Shown here piece after piece: positions 1 through 8,307 of a stretch of DNA of 23,064 bases. A program made the translations under genes and the position numbers. The stretch comes from Nitrospirota bacterium (GTDB taxonomy: Bacteria; Nitrospirota; UBA9217): positions 1 through 23,064 of the forward strand of contig JAOUEV010000054.1 in assembly GCA_029858565.1 (NCBI GenBank), written 5' to 3'. The notes beneath the pieces were generated by a model. It made no database searches, was not told where the DNA came from, and worked only from the letters and a program-made list of their open reading frames with translations. Position 1 is the stretch's first letter. Each line of letters starts with the position of its first letter.

Positions 1-235
1 TCACGTGATAAACGGCACCGGCATATTCTATGCGAAGAGGGCGGGACATGCGGAATGGATAGCAGAGAAATGGCTGAATTGCAACAAAAGAGACCTGTAG
101 GTTCCGCAAGATTCATCCGCATTGCGGGCTTCTTAACCAGAGGCTTTCAACTTAAATACGAATGAGTCGACTATTTTAGTGATATTTCAGTTGTTCACTA
201 AGCAGTTAGGTGGGTCCGACCCGGATATGTGCGCC

Positions 236-270
236 AAAAGCCGGTTCCTGTAAAGTGGACCGGCTTTTTT
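236..270 (-). terminator. Intrinsic terminator (possibly bidirectional) closing the minus-strand operon
   Basis: AAAAGCCGGTTCC-tgtaaagt-GGACCGGCTTTTTT hairpin with A/T tracts on both sides, 15 bp past the stop at 285. Confidence 0.75.
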
Positions 271-284
271 ATGTGCCCCGGACA

Positions 285-1454
285 TTATCCGAGCTTCCCG
301 AAAGGACAGACGGGATAGCGGCACAGGTCGCAATGCAAGCAGAGCCCGCCGTGGCCCAGCGCGGCAAGCTCTTTCCTTCCGATTCGTTCGCCCGCGAGGA
401 TGCGCGGCAGGATAAGATCGATGATCGTGATCTTGTGATACATGCCGCAGGCGGGGATTCCGAGAATCGGGACAAGCGACGAGCGACAAGTGATTAGTTC
501 AGACCCAGGCATTCCCGTCTCTTGTCTCTTGTCTCTCGTCTCTATGTACCCCACCAGCACCATCGCTCCGGGAAGCACCGCGGAACCGTAGGTGATGTCC
601 GAAACGCCCAGATCCCGGATGGCCTGCCGCGTCACGTCGTCGGGATCGACGGACATCCCGCCCGTGGCGATCAGCAGATCAGCCCCGGCATTGAGCAAGT
701 CACGCAGCCGGTCAGCGATGAAAGATCTGTCGTCCGGCGCATAATAGACGCCTGCCAGCTCGCCGCCCATGTCCCCGATTTTTTCTGCGATGACCGGCGC
801 GAAGGCGTCCTTGATCCTGCCGTGATACACTTCGTTCCCGGTAATGACCACGCCGGCCCTGGGCTTGCGAAGTTCCTTGACTTCGATAACGCCGGTTTTC
901 ATCCTTTCGGATTTCAACTCCCCGTTCCGCAATCCGCGTTCCGCAATGTTGACCGCTTGCTCGACGACGCTGCGCCTGATCACCAGCGGGATCGCCCTCG
1001 TGCCCGCGATGACCCGGCCCTTCCGAACGACCGTGTTGTCATGGAGCGTCGCGCACATGACCTCGCCCAGCATATTGAAGCCGAGAAGGGCCTCCCGGTC
1101 GATCCTGAGCAGACCATCGCGGTCCGCGACGATGTTGATCTTCCCCTCCTTCGGCTCGCCCTGAATCCGCACCCCCTCGCCCATGAGCGCCGCTGCAAGA
1201 ACATTCGCAGCGTCATCCTCATGCATCTCTTCGTCAGCGACCTGCAATACGTAGAGATGCTCCTTGCCGAGCCGCTGCAAGCGGCAGACGTCCTCTTCCC
1301 CTACGACATGGCCTTTCTTATAGGCCCGCCCCTTGAATTCGCCGGGCCGGATCTCCGTGATGTCGTGGGCGAGGACCGTGCCCACGGCTTCCGTTACCGG
1401 GATCGCTGTGCCCGAAAGCGGGCTTTCCTCCTCGGCGTGGTTTCCATTGCACAT
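285..1454 (-). CDS. MoeA/MogA-like molybdopterin-binding (Moco biosynthesis domain) protein with C-terminal Cys cluster
   Basis: AVGTVLAHDITEI, ITGNEVYHGRIKDAF, TGGMSVDPDD, YGSAVLPG motifs; C-terminal GHGGLCLHCDLCRYPVCPFG; start moved to ATG 1454 with AGGAGG RBS. Confidence 0.88.
   Translation of the reverse strand: MCNGNHAEEESPLSGTAIPVTEAVGTVLAHDITEIRPGEFKGRAYKKGHVVGEEDVCRLQRLGKEHLYVLQVADEEMHEDDAANVLAAALMGEGVRIQGEPKEGKINIVADRDGLLRIDREALLGFNMLGEVMCATLHDNTVVRKGRVIAGTRAIPLVIRRSVVEQAVNIAERGLRNGELKSERMKTGVIEVKELRKPRAGVVITGNEVYHGRIKDAFAPVIAEKIGDMGGELAGVYYAPDDRSFIADRLRDLLNAGADLLIATGGMSVDPDDVTRQAIRDLGVSDITYGSAVLPGAMVLVGYIETRDKRQETGMPGSELITCRSSLVPILGIPACGMYHKITIIDLILPRILAGERIGRKELAALGHGGLCLHCDLCRYPVCPFGKLG
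471..543. repeat. Heptamer-repeat imperfect hairpin inserted in frame in the MoeA-like gene
   Basis: GACAAGC-GACGAGC-GACAAGT (471-491) facing GTCTCTT-GTCTCTT-GTCTCTC-GTCTCT (517-543); encodes ETRDKRQETGMPGSELITCRSSLV. Confidence 0.7.
904..947. repeat. Second heptamer-repeat tract inside the MoeA-like gene
   Basis: TTCCGCA-ATCCGCG-TTCCGCA (925-945) with a short complementary CGGATT arm near 908; encodes AERGLRNGELKSER. Confidence 0.55.
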
Positions 1455-1556
1455 GCTTCCCTCCTGCGCCGTTTCCGCTTCTTTTGCCGCTGCCGCCGGC
1501 TGCAAAATCCGGCGAAGCGTTTCTTCGAGCGGCCGTCATCGCCTTCCGGCGGCGAT

Positions 1557-3119
1557 TCATCGCCGAATCTGCCGGACAGCATCATGCGCGATCTTCTGAA
1601 CTTTCGTTTCCGCCATCGCGCCACGCCCGTCCCCGCCGATCTTGAAGAATGCGATGGTCTCCGTAAGCCGGCTCGCCTGGGAGGAAAGCTCCTCCGCCGT
1701 GGAGGATATCTCCTCTGCCGCGCCGGCGTTCTGCTGCACTACATGATTCATCTGCTGGATCGCGCTGTTGATCTGGTCCGCGCCGCTCGCCTGCTCCTTG
1801 GACGACGCGCTGATCTCCTGCACCAGTTCCGCGGTTTTCTGGATGTCCGGCACCAGCTTTGCGAGCATCTGGCCCGCCCGCTCGGCCACGTCCACACTCC
1901 GGACCGACAATTCGCCGATCTCGGCCGCCGCGGTCTGGCTCCGCTCGGCAAGCTTGCGCACTTCCGCGGCAACCACCGCGAACCCCTTGCCGTGCTCGCC
2001 GGCGCGGGCCGCCTCGATCGCCGCGTTCAGGGCCAGGAGGTTCGTCTGGCGGGCGATCTCTTCGATGATATTTATCTTCTGGGCGATCTGCTTCATCGCT
2101 TCCACGGTTTCCGTCACGGCCTTGCCGCTCTCTTCAGCGTCCGCCGCGCTCTTTTGCGCGATCTTCTCGGTCTGCAGGGCGTTGTCCGCGTTCTGCCTGA
2201 TCGTGGCGTTCATTTCCTCGACCGACGACGACGCTTCCTCGGTGGACGCAGCCTGCTCGGACGTGCCCTGCGACAACTGCTCCGCGCCGGATGAGAGCTG
2301 CCGGCTGCCTGACGCAACGTTGTCGGCGGCGTTCTTGACGTCGGAAACGATGCTCCTCATCTTCTCCACCATGTGCTTTATGGCGGAAAGAAGCTGGCCC
2401 GTCTCGTCCCGGTTCGTCACTTCAAGGATCATAGTCAGATCGCCCTGCGACAGACGGTTTGCCGCCGACACGCCCTCTTCGATAGGCATGGTGATGCTGC
2501 GGGATATGATGAGCGAGACGACGGCGAAGAGAAGGCTGGCGCAAACCATGATACCCAGGATCACGCCCTTGCTTCTTTTTATCCCGAGTATTTCCCTGTC
2601 CTTGGTTTTTTCAAATGAGCCCCGGTGCTCGTCCAGCAGATCGAGAATCGCTTTTTTCACTTCCCGCCACTTGGGAGTTTCTTGACTCACCAACAGCGCT
2701 ACGGCTTCATTCTGCTTTCCCAGGACCGCAAGATCCTGGACTTCCGCCTTGAGCTTATGATCCTCTTCCCAGAGGCCCCCGATCTTTTTCAACCTGCCTT
2801 CCATCTCCTTGGGCGCATTCGCCAGCGCCTTGCTCATCGCCGAAAGAAAATCCTCATGCGCCGCCTTGTAGTTGTCTTTTGCTTTTTGATCCTGCGGATT
2901 GATCAGGACGTTTCTGGTTGCCTGGCCGGTCTGGAGCCCCATGGCATACATGTCATTCAGGCTTACCAGTAGCTGCAAATCCGTTCCCGCCAATCTTACG
3001 ACCGTCGCCTCCGTGGTTCTTGTCTGGAGCATGAAAAAAACGCCGACAAGAACAAGCGTGACGATAACCGCCCCAACCAGCAGATACAATCTCAGCCCGA
3101 TTTTGAAACTTCTGAGCAT
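1557..3119 (-). CDS. Methyl-accepting chemotaxis protein (2 TM, periplasmic helical sensor, HAMP, MCP signalling domain)
   Basis: [40 protein letters not shown] signature; two TM segments; start moved to ATG 3119 after AAAGGAGG. Confidence 0.95.
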   Translation of the reverse strand: MLRSFKIGLRLYLLVGAVIVTLVLVGVFFMLQTRTTEATVVRLAGTDLQLLVSLNDMYAMGLQTGQATRNVLINPQDQKAKDNYKAAHEDFLSAMSKALANAPKEMEGRLKKIGGLWEEDHKLKAEVQDLAVLGKQNEAVALLVSQETPKWREVKKAILDLLDEHRGSFEKTKDREILGIKRSKGVILGIMVCASLLFAVVSLIISRSITMPIEEGVSAANRLSQGDLTMILEVTNRDETGQLLSAIKHMVEKMRSIVSDVKNAADNVASGSRQLSSGAEQLSQGTSEQAASTEEASSSVEEMNATIRQNADNALQTEKIAQKSAADAEESGKAVTETVEAMKQIAQKINIIEEIARQTNLLALNAAIEAARAGEHGKGFAVVAAEVRKLAERSQTAAAEIGELSVRSVDVAERAGQMLAKLVPDIQKTAELVQEISASSKEQASGADQINSAIQQMNHVVQQNAGAAEEISSTAEELSSQASRLTETIAFFKIGGDGRGAMAETKVQKIAHDAVRQIRR

Positions 3120-3155
3120 GCCCCCTCCTTTTGTGCCTTTTTGCATTATGTTTCG

Positions 3156-3797
3156 CTACGTATTAAGCGCTGAACTGTTGCACTGCGAACTTTCCTGCCT
3201 ATAGTATCCGCCTGACGCGCAGGGAACGCACAGGACCTTTCCTTTCCGGCAGACCTCTCTTCCGTCCTGGACGTGTTCACCGCAGGAGTCGCACCGCACC
3301 CGGCGCAGGGGCCGGCCCGGCATGTCCTCGGGCGCAAGGGCAACCGTCACTGCCATGACAGCGAACAACTCTTCGTCGGCCATGACCTTGTACGCCTCGG
3401 TCTGTCCGGCGTACTTGTTCTCCCTGTCCGGAAAGAGTTCCTTCGCCTTCCGGCGGGAGTCTTCGCGCGCAAGGACCCTGACCGCCTTCCGCGTTTTCAG
3501 GTTCAGAAACGTCGCGGCCATCTTCCCGTAATCCAGGAACTTCATGGTCCGGTGCCCGAGGCTGCATCCGGTCACGGACTGTATCGCATCAGCAGCGCAC
3601 CGGTCCATCTCTACAAAGACTATGATGTTCTTCCGGTCTCTGCCCTTCGGCTCACGGATGCCGATTTCCCGGAGGCCGAGTATCGACATCCGGACGCCGA
3701 GCACCTGACCGGGGCAGAGATGACCGTGGATCCTGACGGATTCAGCGAGGAGCTGTTCGAAATCCGAAGGTGACGGCGCCGTCGATTGCATGGTCAT
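3156..3797 (-). CDS. fmdE: FmdE-family protein with C-terminal CxxC...CxxC zinc finger
   Basis: HGHLCPGQVLG, RCAADAIQSVTGC, DYGKMAATF, CDSCGE...CVPC. Confidence 0.88.
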   Translation of the reverse strand: MTMQSTAPSPSDFEQLLAESVRIHGHLCPGQVLGVRMSILGLREIGIREPKGRDRKNIIVFVEMDRCAADAIQSVTGCSLGHRTMKFLDYGKMAATFLNLKTRKAVRVLAREDSRRKAKELFPDRENKYAGQTEAYKVMADEELFAVMAVTVALAPEDMPGRPLRRVRCDSCGEHVQDGREVCRKGKVLCVPCASGGYYRQESSQCNSSALNT

Positions 3798-3932
3798 GGG
3801 GAATGTCTCGTCTTTATTGATCTGCAGGAGATTCCGGCCATCAGCGCCGGCGGACGGCCACGGATGACCCGCGATGAGAGTTTTTCAACGATCTGCCCGG
3901 CCCGCATTCCCGCGTTCAGCGCGCACAGGGGA

Positions 3933-4709
3933 TCAAGAGGCGCTGAATTCTGCCACAATAGCCTCTGCGTAATGGGCGCGTTCGCATTCCGGGCAGAGGC
4001 CGCCTTGTTTCGTACGCGGCTGCTCGCTGTTGCGCGACGCCACGTGGTCGAGAAACTGCTTTGTTGCGTAGGGGGTTCCGCAGTTCCCGCACCGGACAAG
4101 CGGGAACCTGCCGATCAGGTTGTTCTTCAGGAAAATGGTGCGCTCGCCGCCTTTGTCCTCCAGCCGGACCGCGCCGGTGGGGCAGACGTTCGCGCAGGCG
4201 CCGCACCCGACGCAGGCCTCCGAGAGCTTGCCGAACTCCGCCGTGACCCGCCGCTTCTGCCCCCTGCCGGCGAAGCTGATCGCCGCAACGCCGATCTTGT
4301 CCCTGCAGGCACGCACGCAGAGGCCGCAGCGGACGCAGTCGTCGCTCTCCGCCGCGCGGAACCGCGAGGTCTCGACGCCGTAGCGCTTCGCCATTTCGCG
4401 GAGCCGGGACGAATCCGGCGTCCTGCCGAGCAGGAGTTCGAAGATGATCCTGCGCGACGCCGCCACCAGGGGCGTCTCCGTTTCCACCGAAAGCCCCTCG
4501 GAAACAGCAAGCGTGCACGAGGTGACGAGCGAACGGCGGAGCTGGGGGCTTTCCGCCTCCACCACGCACAGCCTGCACGCGCCGTAGGGGCCGAGTCCCT
4601 CATGAAAGCAGAGCGTCGGGATGTCGATGCCTTCGCGCCGCGCCACTGCCAGCACGGTCATGGATTCATCCGCCGTAACGGTTTTTCCGTTCACTTTGAT
4701 CGTCGCCAT
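3933..4709 (-). CDS. NuoG/HydA N-terminal-like FeS subunit ([2Fe-2S] + 2x[4Fe-4S]), no catalytic domain
   Basis: IPTLC..GACRLC..TSC; CVRCGLCVRAC; CVGCGACANVCP; extra CGNC..CPEC; no H-cluster or Mo-binding domain. Confidence 0.88.
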   Translation of the reverse strand: MATIKVNGKTVTADESMTVLAVARREGIDIPTLCFHEGLGPYGACRLCVVEAESPQLRRSLVTSCTLAVSEGLSVETETPLVAASRRIIFELLLGRTPDSSRLREMAKRYGVETSRFRAAESDDCVRCGLCVRACRDKIGVAAISFAGRGQKRRVTAEFGKLSEACVGCGACANVCPTGAVRLEDKGGERTIFLKNNLIGRFPLVRCGNCGTPYATKQFLDHVASRNSEQPRTKQGGLCPECERAHYAEAIVAEFSAS

Positions 4710-4712
4710 GGT

Positions 4713-6509
4713 TCACGCCTTTTGTATGGATCCGAATTTGCAGGTATCGAAGCAGATCCCGCACTTGATGCACAGCCCCTGATCGATGGCATGGGGCTTC
4801 TTCTTCTCCCCCGAGATGGCCTTCTGCGGGCAGGCGAGGGCGCAGGCGGTGCAGCCGGTGCATTTCGCAGGATCGATGGAGAACCTGATCAGGGCCCTGC
4901 AGACGCCGGCGGGGCATTTTTTGTCCCTGATATGCGCGTCGTATTCATGCCGGAAATACCGGAGCGTCGAGAGGACCGGGTTGGGCACCGTTTTTCCCAG
5001 GCCGCAGAGCGACGCTTCCTTGACCACCTGGCAAAGCTCCTGCAGCGTGTCGAGGTGCTGCTCGGTCCCCCTGCCCGCGGTGATGTCGTCCAGGAGGCCC
5101 ACCAGCGCCCGCGTCCCTTCCCGGCAGGGCGTGCACTGGCCGCAGGACTCGTCCAGGCAGAAGGACACGAAGAACTTCGCCACATCCACCATGCAGGTGT
5201 CCTCGTCCATGACCACCATGCCGCCGGAGCCCATGATCGAGCCGAGCGCCGTGAGGTTCTCGTAGTCCACGGGAACGTCGATATGCTCCCAGGGAATGCA
5301 GCCGCCCGAGGGGCCGCCGGTCTGGACGGCCTTGTATTTTTTGTTCTTCGGAATGCCGCCGCCGATGTCGTAAATGATCTTGCGGAGCGGTATGCCCATG
5401 GGCACTTCCACGAGGCCGGTGTTGTTGATCTTGCCCACGAGCGAGAAGATCTTGGTGCCCTTGGATTTTTCCGTGCCCATGGACGCGAACCAGCGCGCCC
5501 CGTTGGTCATGATCTTCGGGACCGTGGCCCAGGTTTCCACGTTGTTGATGTTCGTCGGCATTCCCCAGAGCCCCTTGTTCACGGGAAACGGCGGCTTGGG
5601 CCGCGGCTCGCCGATCTGGTCCTCCAGCGAGGCGATCAGCGCCGTTTCCTCGCCGCAGACGAAGGCGCCCGCGCCGAGCTTCACCTGGATGTCGAAATCC
5701 ATGCCGCTCGCCGCGATGTTCCTGCCGAGCCACCCCCGCTCCCGCGCCTGCTTGATGGCGTGCCGCAGCCGCTCCACGGCAAGGGGGTATTCCGCCCTGA
5801 TATACACAAAGCCCTCGGCCGAGCCGATGGCGTAGGCGCCGATGATCATCCCCTCGATGACCGCATGGGGGTCCCCTTCGATGATCGCCCGGTCCATGAA
5901 AGCGCCGGGGTCGCCCTCGTCGCCGTTGCAGATGACGTATTTCCGTTCGCCCGGCGACCTCCGGCAGATCTCCCATTTCATGGCGGTCGCGAACCCGGCG
6001 CCGCCTCTGCCCCGCAGCCCGGAGCTTTTGATCTCCTTGATGACCTCGTCGGGCATGAGCGCCGTGAGCACCCGTTCCGCGGCCCGGTACCCCCCGGCGG
6101 CAATGTAGGAATTTATGTCTTCCGGATCGATGTTCCCGCAGTTTGCCAGAACGATTTTATTCTGCCCCCCATGGAACGACGCATACTCGGGTCCGGCCTT
6201 CCACGAGTCGATAGGCGCGCCGCCGATGATATGTTCATCGATGATCCGGTCCGCCATTTCAGGCTTCACGAACTGATAAGTGGTCGTCACGCCGTTGATG
6301 ATGACGTCGACGAGGACGTCCTTGGCGCAGAACCCCCGGCAGCCCACACGATGCGCGCCGCACCGCTTTTCCACGGTGCCGGAGACGGGACGGCGCGCGA
6401 ATCCTTCTTGAAAGGCGGCGAGGACCTTTTCTCCGCCCGTGGCGATGCCCCCGGTGCCCATGCAGACCTTGACCGTGATGTTTCCGTCCTGTGCGCCTCG
6501 TCTGCCCAC
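4713..6509 (-). CDS. nuoF: NuoF/HydB-like FMN- and NAD(P)H-binding subunit, long form with N-terminal thioredoxin-like and C-terminal 2x[4Fe-4S] domains
   Basis: SGLRGRGGAGF, CNGDEGDPGAFMDR, GAGAFVCGEETAL, GGPSGG, ESCGQCTPCREG, SLCGLG, two CxxCxxCxxxC motifs; GTG start. Confidence 0.93.
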   Translation of the reverse strand: MGRRGAQDGNITVKVCMGTGGIATGGEKVLAAFQEGFARRPVSGTVEKRCGAHRVGCRGFCAKDVLVDVIINGVTTTYQFVKPEMADRIIDEHIIGGAPIDSWKAGPEYASFHGGQNKIVLANCGNIDPEDINSYIAAGGYRAAERVLTALMPDEVIKEIKSSGLRGRGGAGFATAMKWEICRRSPGERKYVICNGDEGDPGAFMDRAIIEGDPHAVIEGMIIGAYAIGSAEGFVYIRAEYPLAVERLRHAIKQARERGWLGRNIAASGMDFDIQVKLGAGAFVCGEETALIASLEDQIGEPRPKPPFPVNKGLWGMPTNINNVETWATVPKIMTNGARWFASMGTEKSKGTKIFSLVGKINNTGLVEVPMGIPLRKIIYDIGGGIPKNKKYKAVQTGGPSGGCIPWEHIDVPVDYENLTALGSIMGSGGMVVMDEDTCMVDVAKFFVSFCLDESCGQCTPCREGTRALVGLLDDITAGRGTEQHLDTLQELCQVVKEASLCGLGKTVPNPVLSTLRYFRHEYDAHIRDKKCPAGVCRALIRFSIDPAKCTGCTACALACPQKAISGEKKKPHAIDQGLCIKCGICFDTCKFGSIQKA

Positions 6510-6511
6510 CG

Positions 6512-6973
6512 TTACCCTTCCTTCTCGATCTTTTTTACGATATCCGTCGCCTTCTTCGTCGTGACGTTGCCGTGCGTATCCTTGTCAACGACCATCACCG
6601 GCGCGAGGCTGCAGGCCCCGATGCAGCGGACCGCGTCCAGGGTATAGCGCATGTCCTTTGTGGTTTCTCCCTCTTCCACGTCCAGTTTTCGTTTGAGTTC
6701 GTCGAGTATGCGCTGGGACCCTTTCACATGGCATGCCGTTCCGAGGCATACCTGGATCTGGTGTTTCCCTTTCGGGGTCAGGCTGAAGAGATGGTAAAAG
6801 GTGGCGATGCTGTAGAGCCTCGTAATCGGGACGCCGGTTTTTTTTGCAAGATACATCAGGACGTCCTCGGGCAGATAATTATACCGGGACTGTATCTCAT
6901 GAAGCACCGAGATCAGGTTTCCCCGTACCTCGGGGTAGCGGGAAAGAACGTCGTCGACGGGCTGCATTTCCAT
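6512..6973 (-). CDS. nuoE: NuoE/HydC-like [2Fe-2S] subunit
   Basis: ATFYHLF, VCLGTACHVKG, RCIGACSLAP; AAAGGAG RBS. Confidence 0.93.
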   Translation of the reverse strand: MEMQPVDDVLSRYPEVRGNLISVLHEIQSRYNYLPEDVLMYLAKKTGVPITRLYSIATFYHLFSLTPKGKHQIQVCLGTACHVKGSQRILDELKRKLDVEEGETTKDMRYTLDAVRCIGACSLAPVMVVDKDTHGNVTTKKATDIVKKIEKEG

Positions 6974-6982
6974 GGCGCTCCT

Positions 6983-7411
6983 TTATATTCCCGACAAATA
7001 GTCCTTCAGGTGGTGAATCTCCGACTTCAGGTTTCCCACCTGCGTCTTTACCACGTCCCGGATCGAGAGCATGCCCGCGACCTTTCCCTGCTCCATCACC
7101 GGCATGTGGCGAATGCGCTTTTCGATCATGACGCTCATGACCGCGCAGAGGTCCTCCTCGGGCTCGGCCACGATCAGGTCAGCGGACATGGCCTGCTCCA
7201 GGAGGACCGTGCTGAATTGCTCCGGCCACCTGCGGTACGCCCGGAGGACGTCCCGCTCGGTGAAAATCCCGGCGGTCCGGGAATTCTTCCTGACCAGCAC
7301 GGCGCTGACATTCCGCTCGGTCATTGTCGCAATGGCCTTGTCCACGGTATCGCTCGCATCGAGGAAAATGGTCTCCCGTCCCTTTTCATCCAGCAGATCC
7401 TTTACCGTCAT
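6983..7411 (-). CDS. Stand-alone CBS-pair domain protein
   Basis: GIFTERDVLR, RIRHMPV, GMLSIRDVVK; GAGGAG RBS. Confidence 0.92.
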   Translation of the reverse strand: MTVKDLLDEKGRETIFLDASDTVDKAIATMTERNVSAVLVRKNSRTAGIFTERDVLRAYRRWPEQFSTVLLEQAMSADLIVAEPEEDLCAVMSVMIEKRIRHMPVMEQGKVAGMLSIRDVVKTQVGNLKSEIHHLKDYLSGI

Positions 7412-7450
7412 ACGAACGCTCCTCTTCCCCCTGCCGCGGTTTTCTCCGCC

Positions 7451-7753
7451 CTATGCCGGCTGCTTCCCCGATGCCCGGTCCAGCACGCTGCCGATCTTCC
7501 GGATTTTTCCGTCGAGTTCCAGAAACTGCGCCGCGGCATGCCTGCTGGTACCGCGGGAGCGCACCTCGCGGCGGGTCATTTCTTCCAGCAGCCGGCGCGC
7601 TTCGGACAAAATAGCGTCCATTTCCCGGACCTGGCCGGCCTTCGAGGACCCCGCAGCGGACATCCGGACCGCTTCCCGGGAAATGTCGTCCAGGAGAGGC
7701 GAAAGATCATCGAAACTTCTCGCCGCCTGCATCGTTTTCAGAAGGTCCGTCAT
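7451..7753 (-). CDS. Hypothetical alpha-helical protein (100 aa) in the operon
   Basis: GGGAGG RBS; fills the gap between the FeS subunit and CBS genes in operon orientation; no recognised motif. Confidence 0.65.
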   Translation of the reverse strand: MTDLLKTMQAARSFDDLSPLLDDISREAVRMSAAGSSKAGQVREMDAILSEARRLLEEMTRREVRSRGTSRHAAAQFLELDGKIRKIGSVLDRASGKQPA

Positions 7754-7782
7754 GAGTCATCCTCCCGGACATCCCCGACAGC

Positions 7783-8295
7783 CTAATATGCCGCCCCGAA
7801 CTCGGCGATTTCCCGCGCAAACCGCTCCCGCTTCAGCGCCGATGCCTCGGCCGCGGACACCCAGCGCAGCGCGTGGGCCGTGCATTTGGTCACGCAGGCC
7901 GGTTTCAGCCCTTTGTCGACGCGGTCCTTGCAGTAGTCGCATTTGATCACCCTGCCCGTCTCGGGGTTCCACTGCGGCACGCCCCAGGGGCAGGCGGTGA
8001 TGCAGGACTTGCACCCCACGCAGAGCGGCTGCTCCACGAACACGATCCCGTCCTTCGTCCGTTTCTGCATGGCGCCGGTGGGGCAGGCGGAAACGCACCA
8101 GGGCTTCTCGCAGTGGAAGCAGGGCATGAAGACGAAATGCATGCGCGGGATCCCCCTGATCATCTTCGGGCCCACGGGCATGATCCTGCAGAACCGCGGG
8201 CCCACGGGCACGTTGTTCTTCGTTTTGCAGTGCACCTCGCAGGCATAGCACCCGATGCACCGTTTCTGGTCTTGATGGATGTAATAGATGCTCAT
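7783..8295 (-). CDS. Four-cluster FeS beta subunit of a DMSO-reductase-family enzyme (PsrB/PhsB-like)
   Basis: CIGCYACEVHC, CFHCEKPWCVSACP, CVGCKSCITACP, KCDYC..PACVTKC; AAGGAGG RBS. Confidence 0.93.
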   Translation of the reverse strand: MSIYYIHQDQKRCIGCYACEVHCKTKNNVPVGPRFCRIMPVGPKMIRGIPRMHFVFMPCFHCEKPWCVSACPTGAMQKRTKDGIVFVEQPLCVGCKSCITACPWGVPQWNPETGRVIKCDYCKDRVDKGLKPACVTKCTAHALRWVSAAEASALKRERFAREIAEFGAAY

Positions 8296-8307
8296 CGCGC
8301 TCCCTCC

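Noticed and set aside
2-100. Open plus-strand frame ending at TAG 100, possibly the 3' end of an upstream gene
   Set aside because: Only 32 codons with no motif; cannot be supported
1455-1559. MCP and MoeA-like genes share a frame, separated by TGA codons
   Set aside because: Two TGAs in non-conserved linker; the MoeA-like gene has its own AGGAGG RBS
3786-6647. 953-aa plus-strand ORF (likewise 522-2294, 7873-10500, 12299-14212, 13759-15645, 15378-16826)
   Set aside because: Antisense shadows of well-supported minus-strand genes in high-GC DNA; no motifs or RBS
3933-6973. Calling the NuoEFG-like genes respiratory complex I or a hydrogenase
   Set aside because: No other nuo subunits, no H-cluster motifs and no NiFe large subunit in the window
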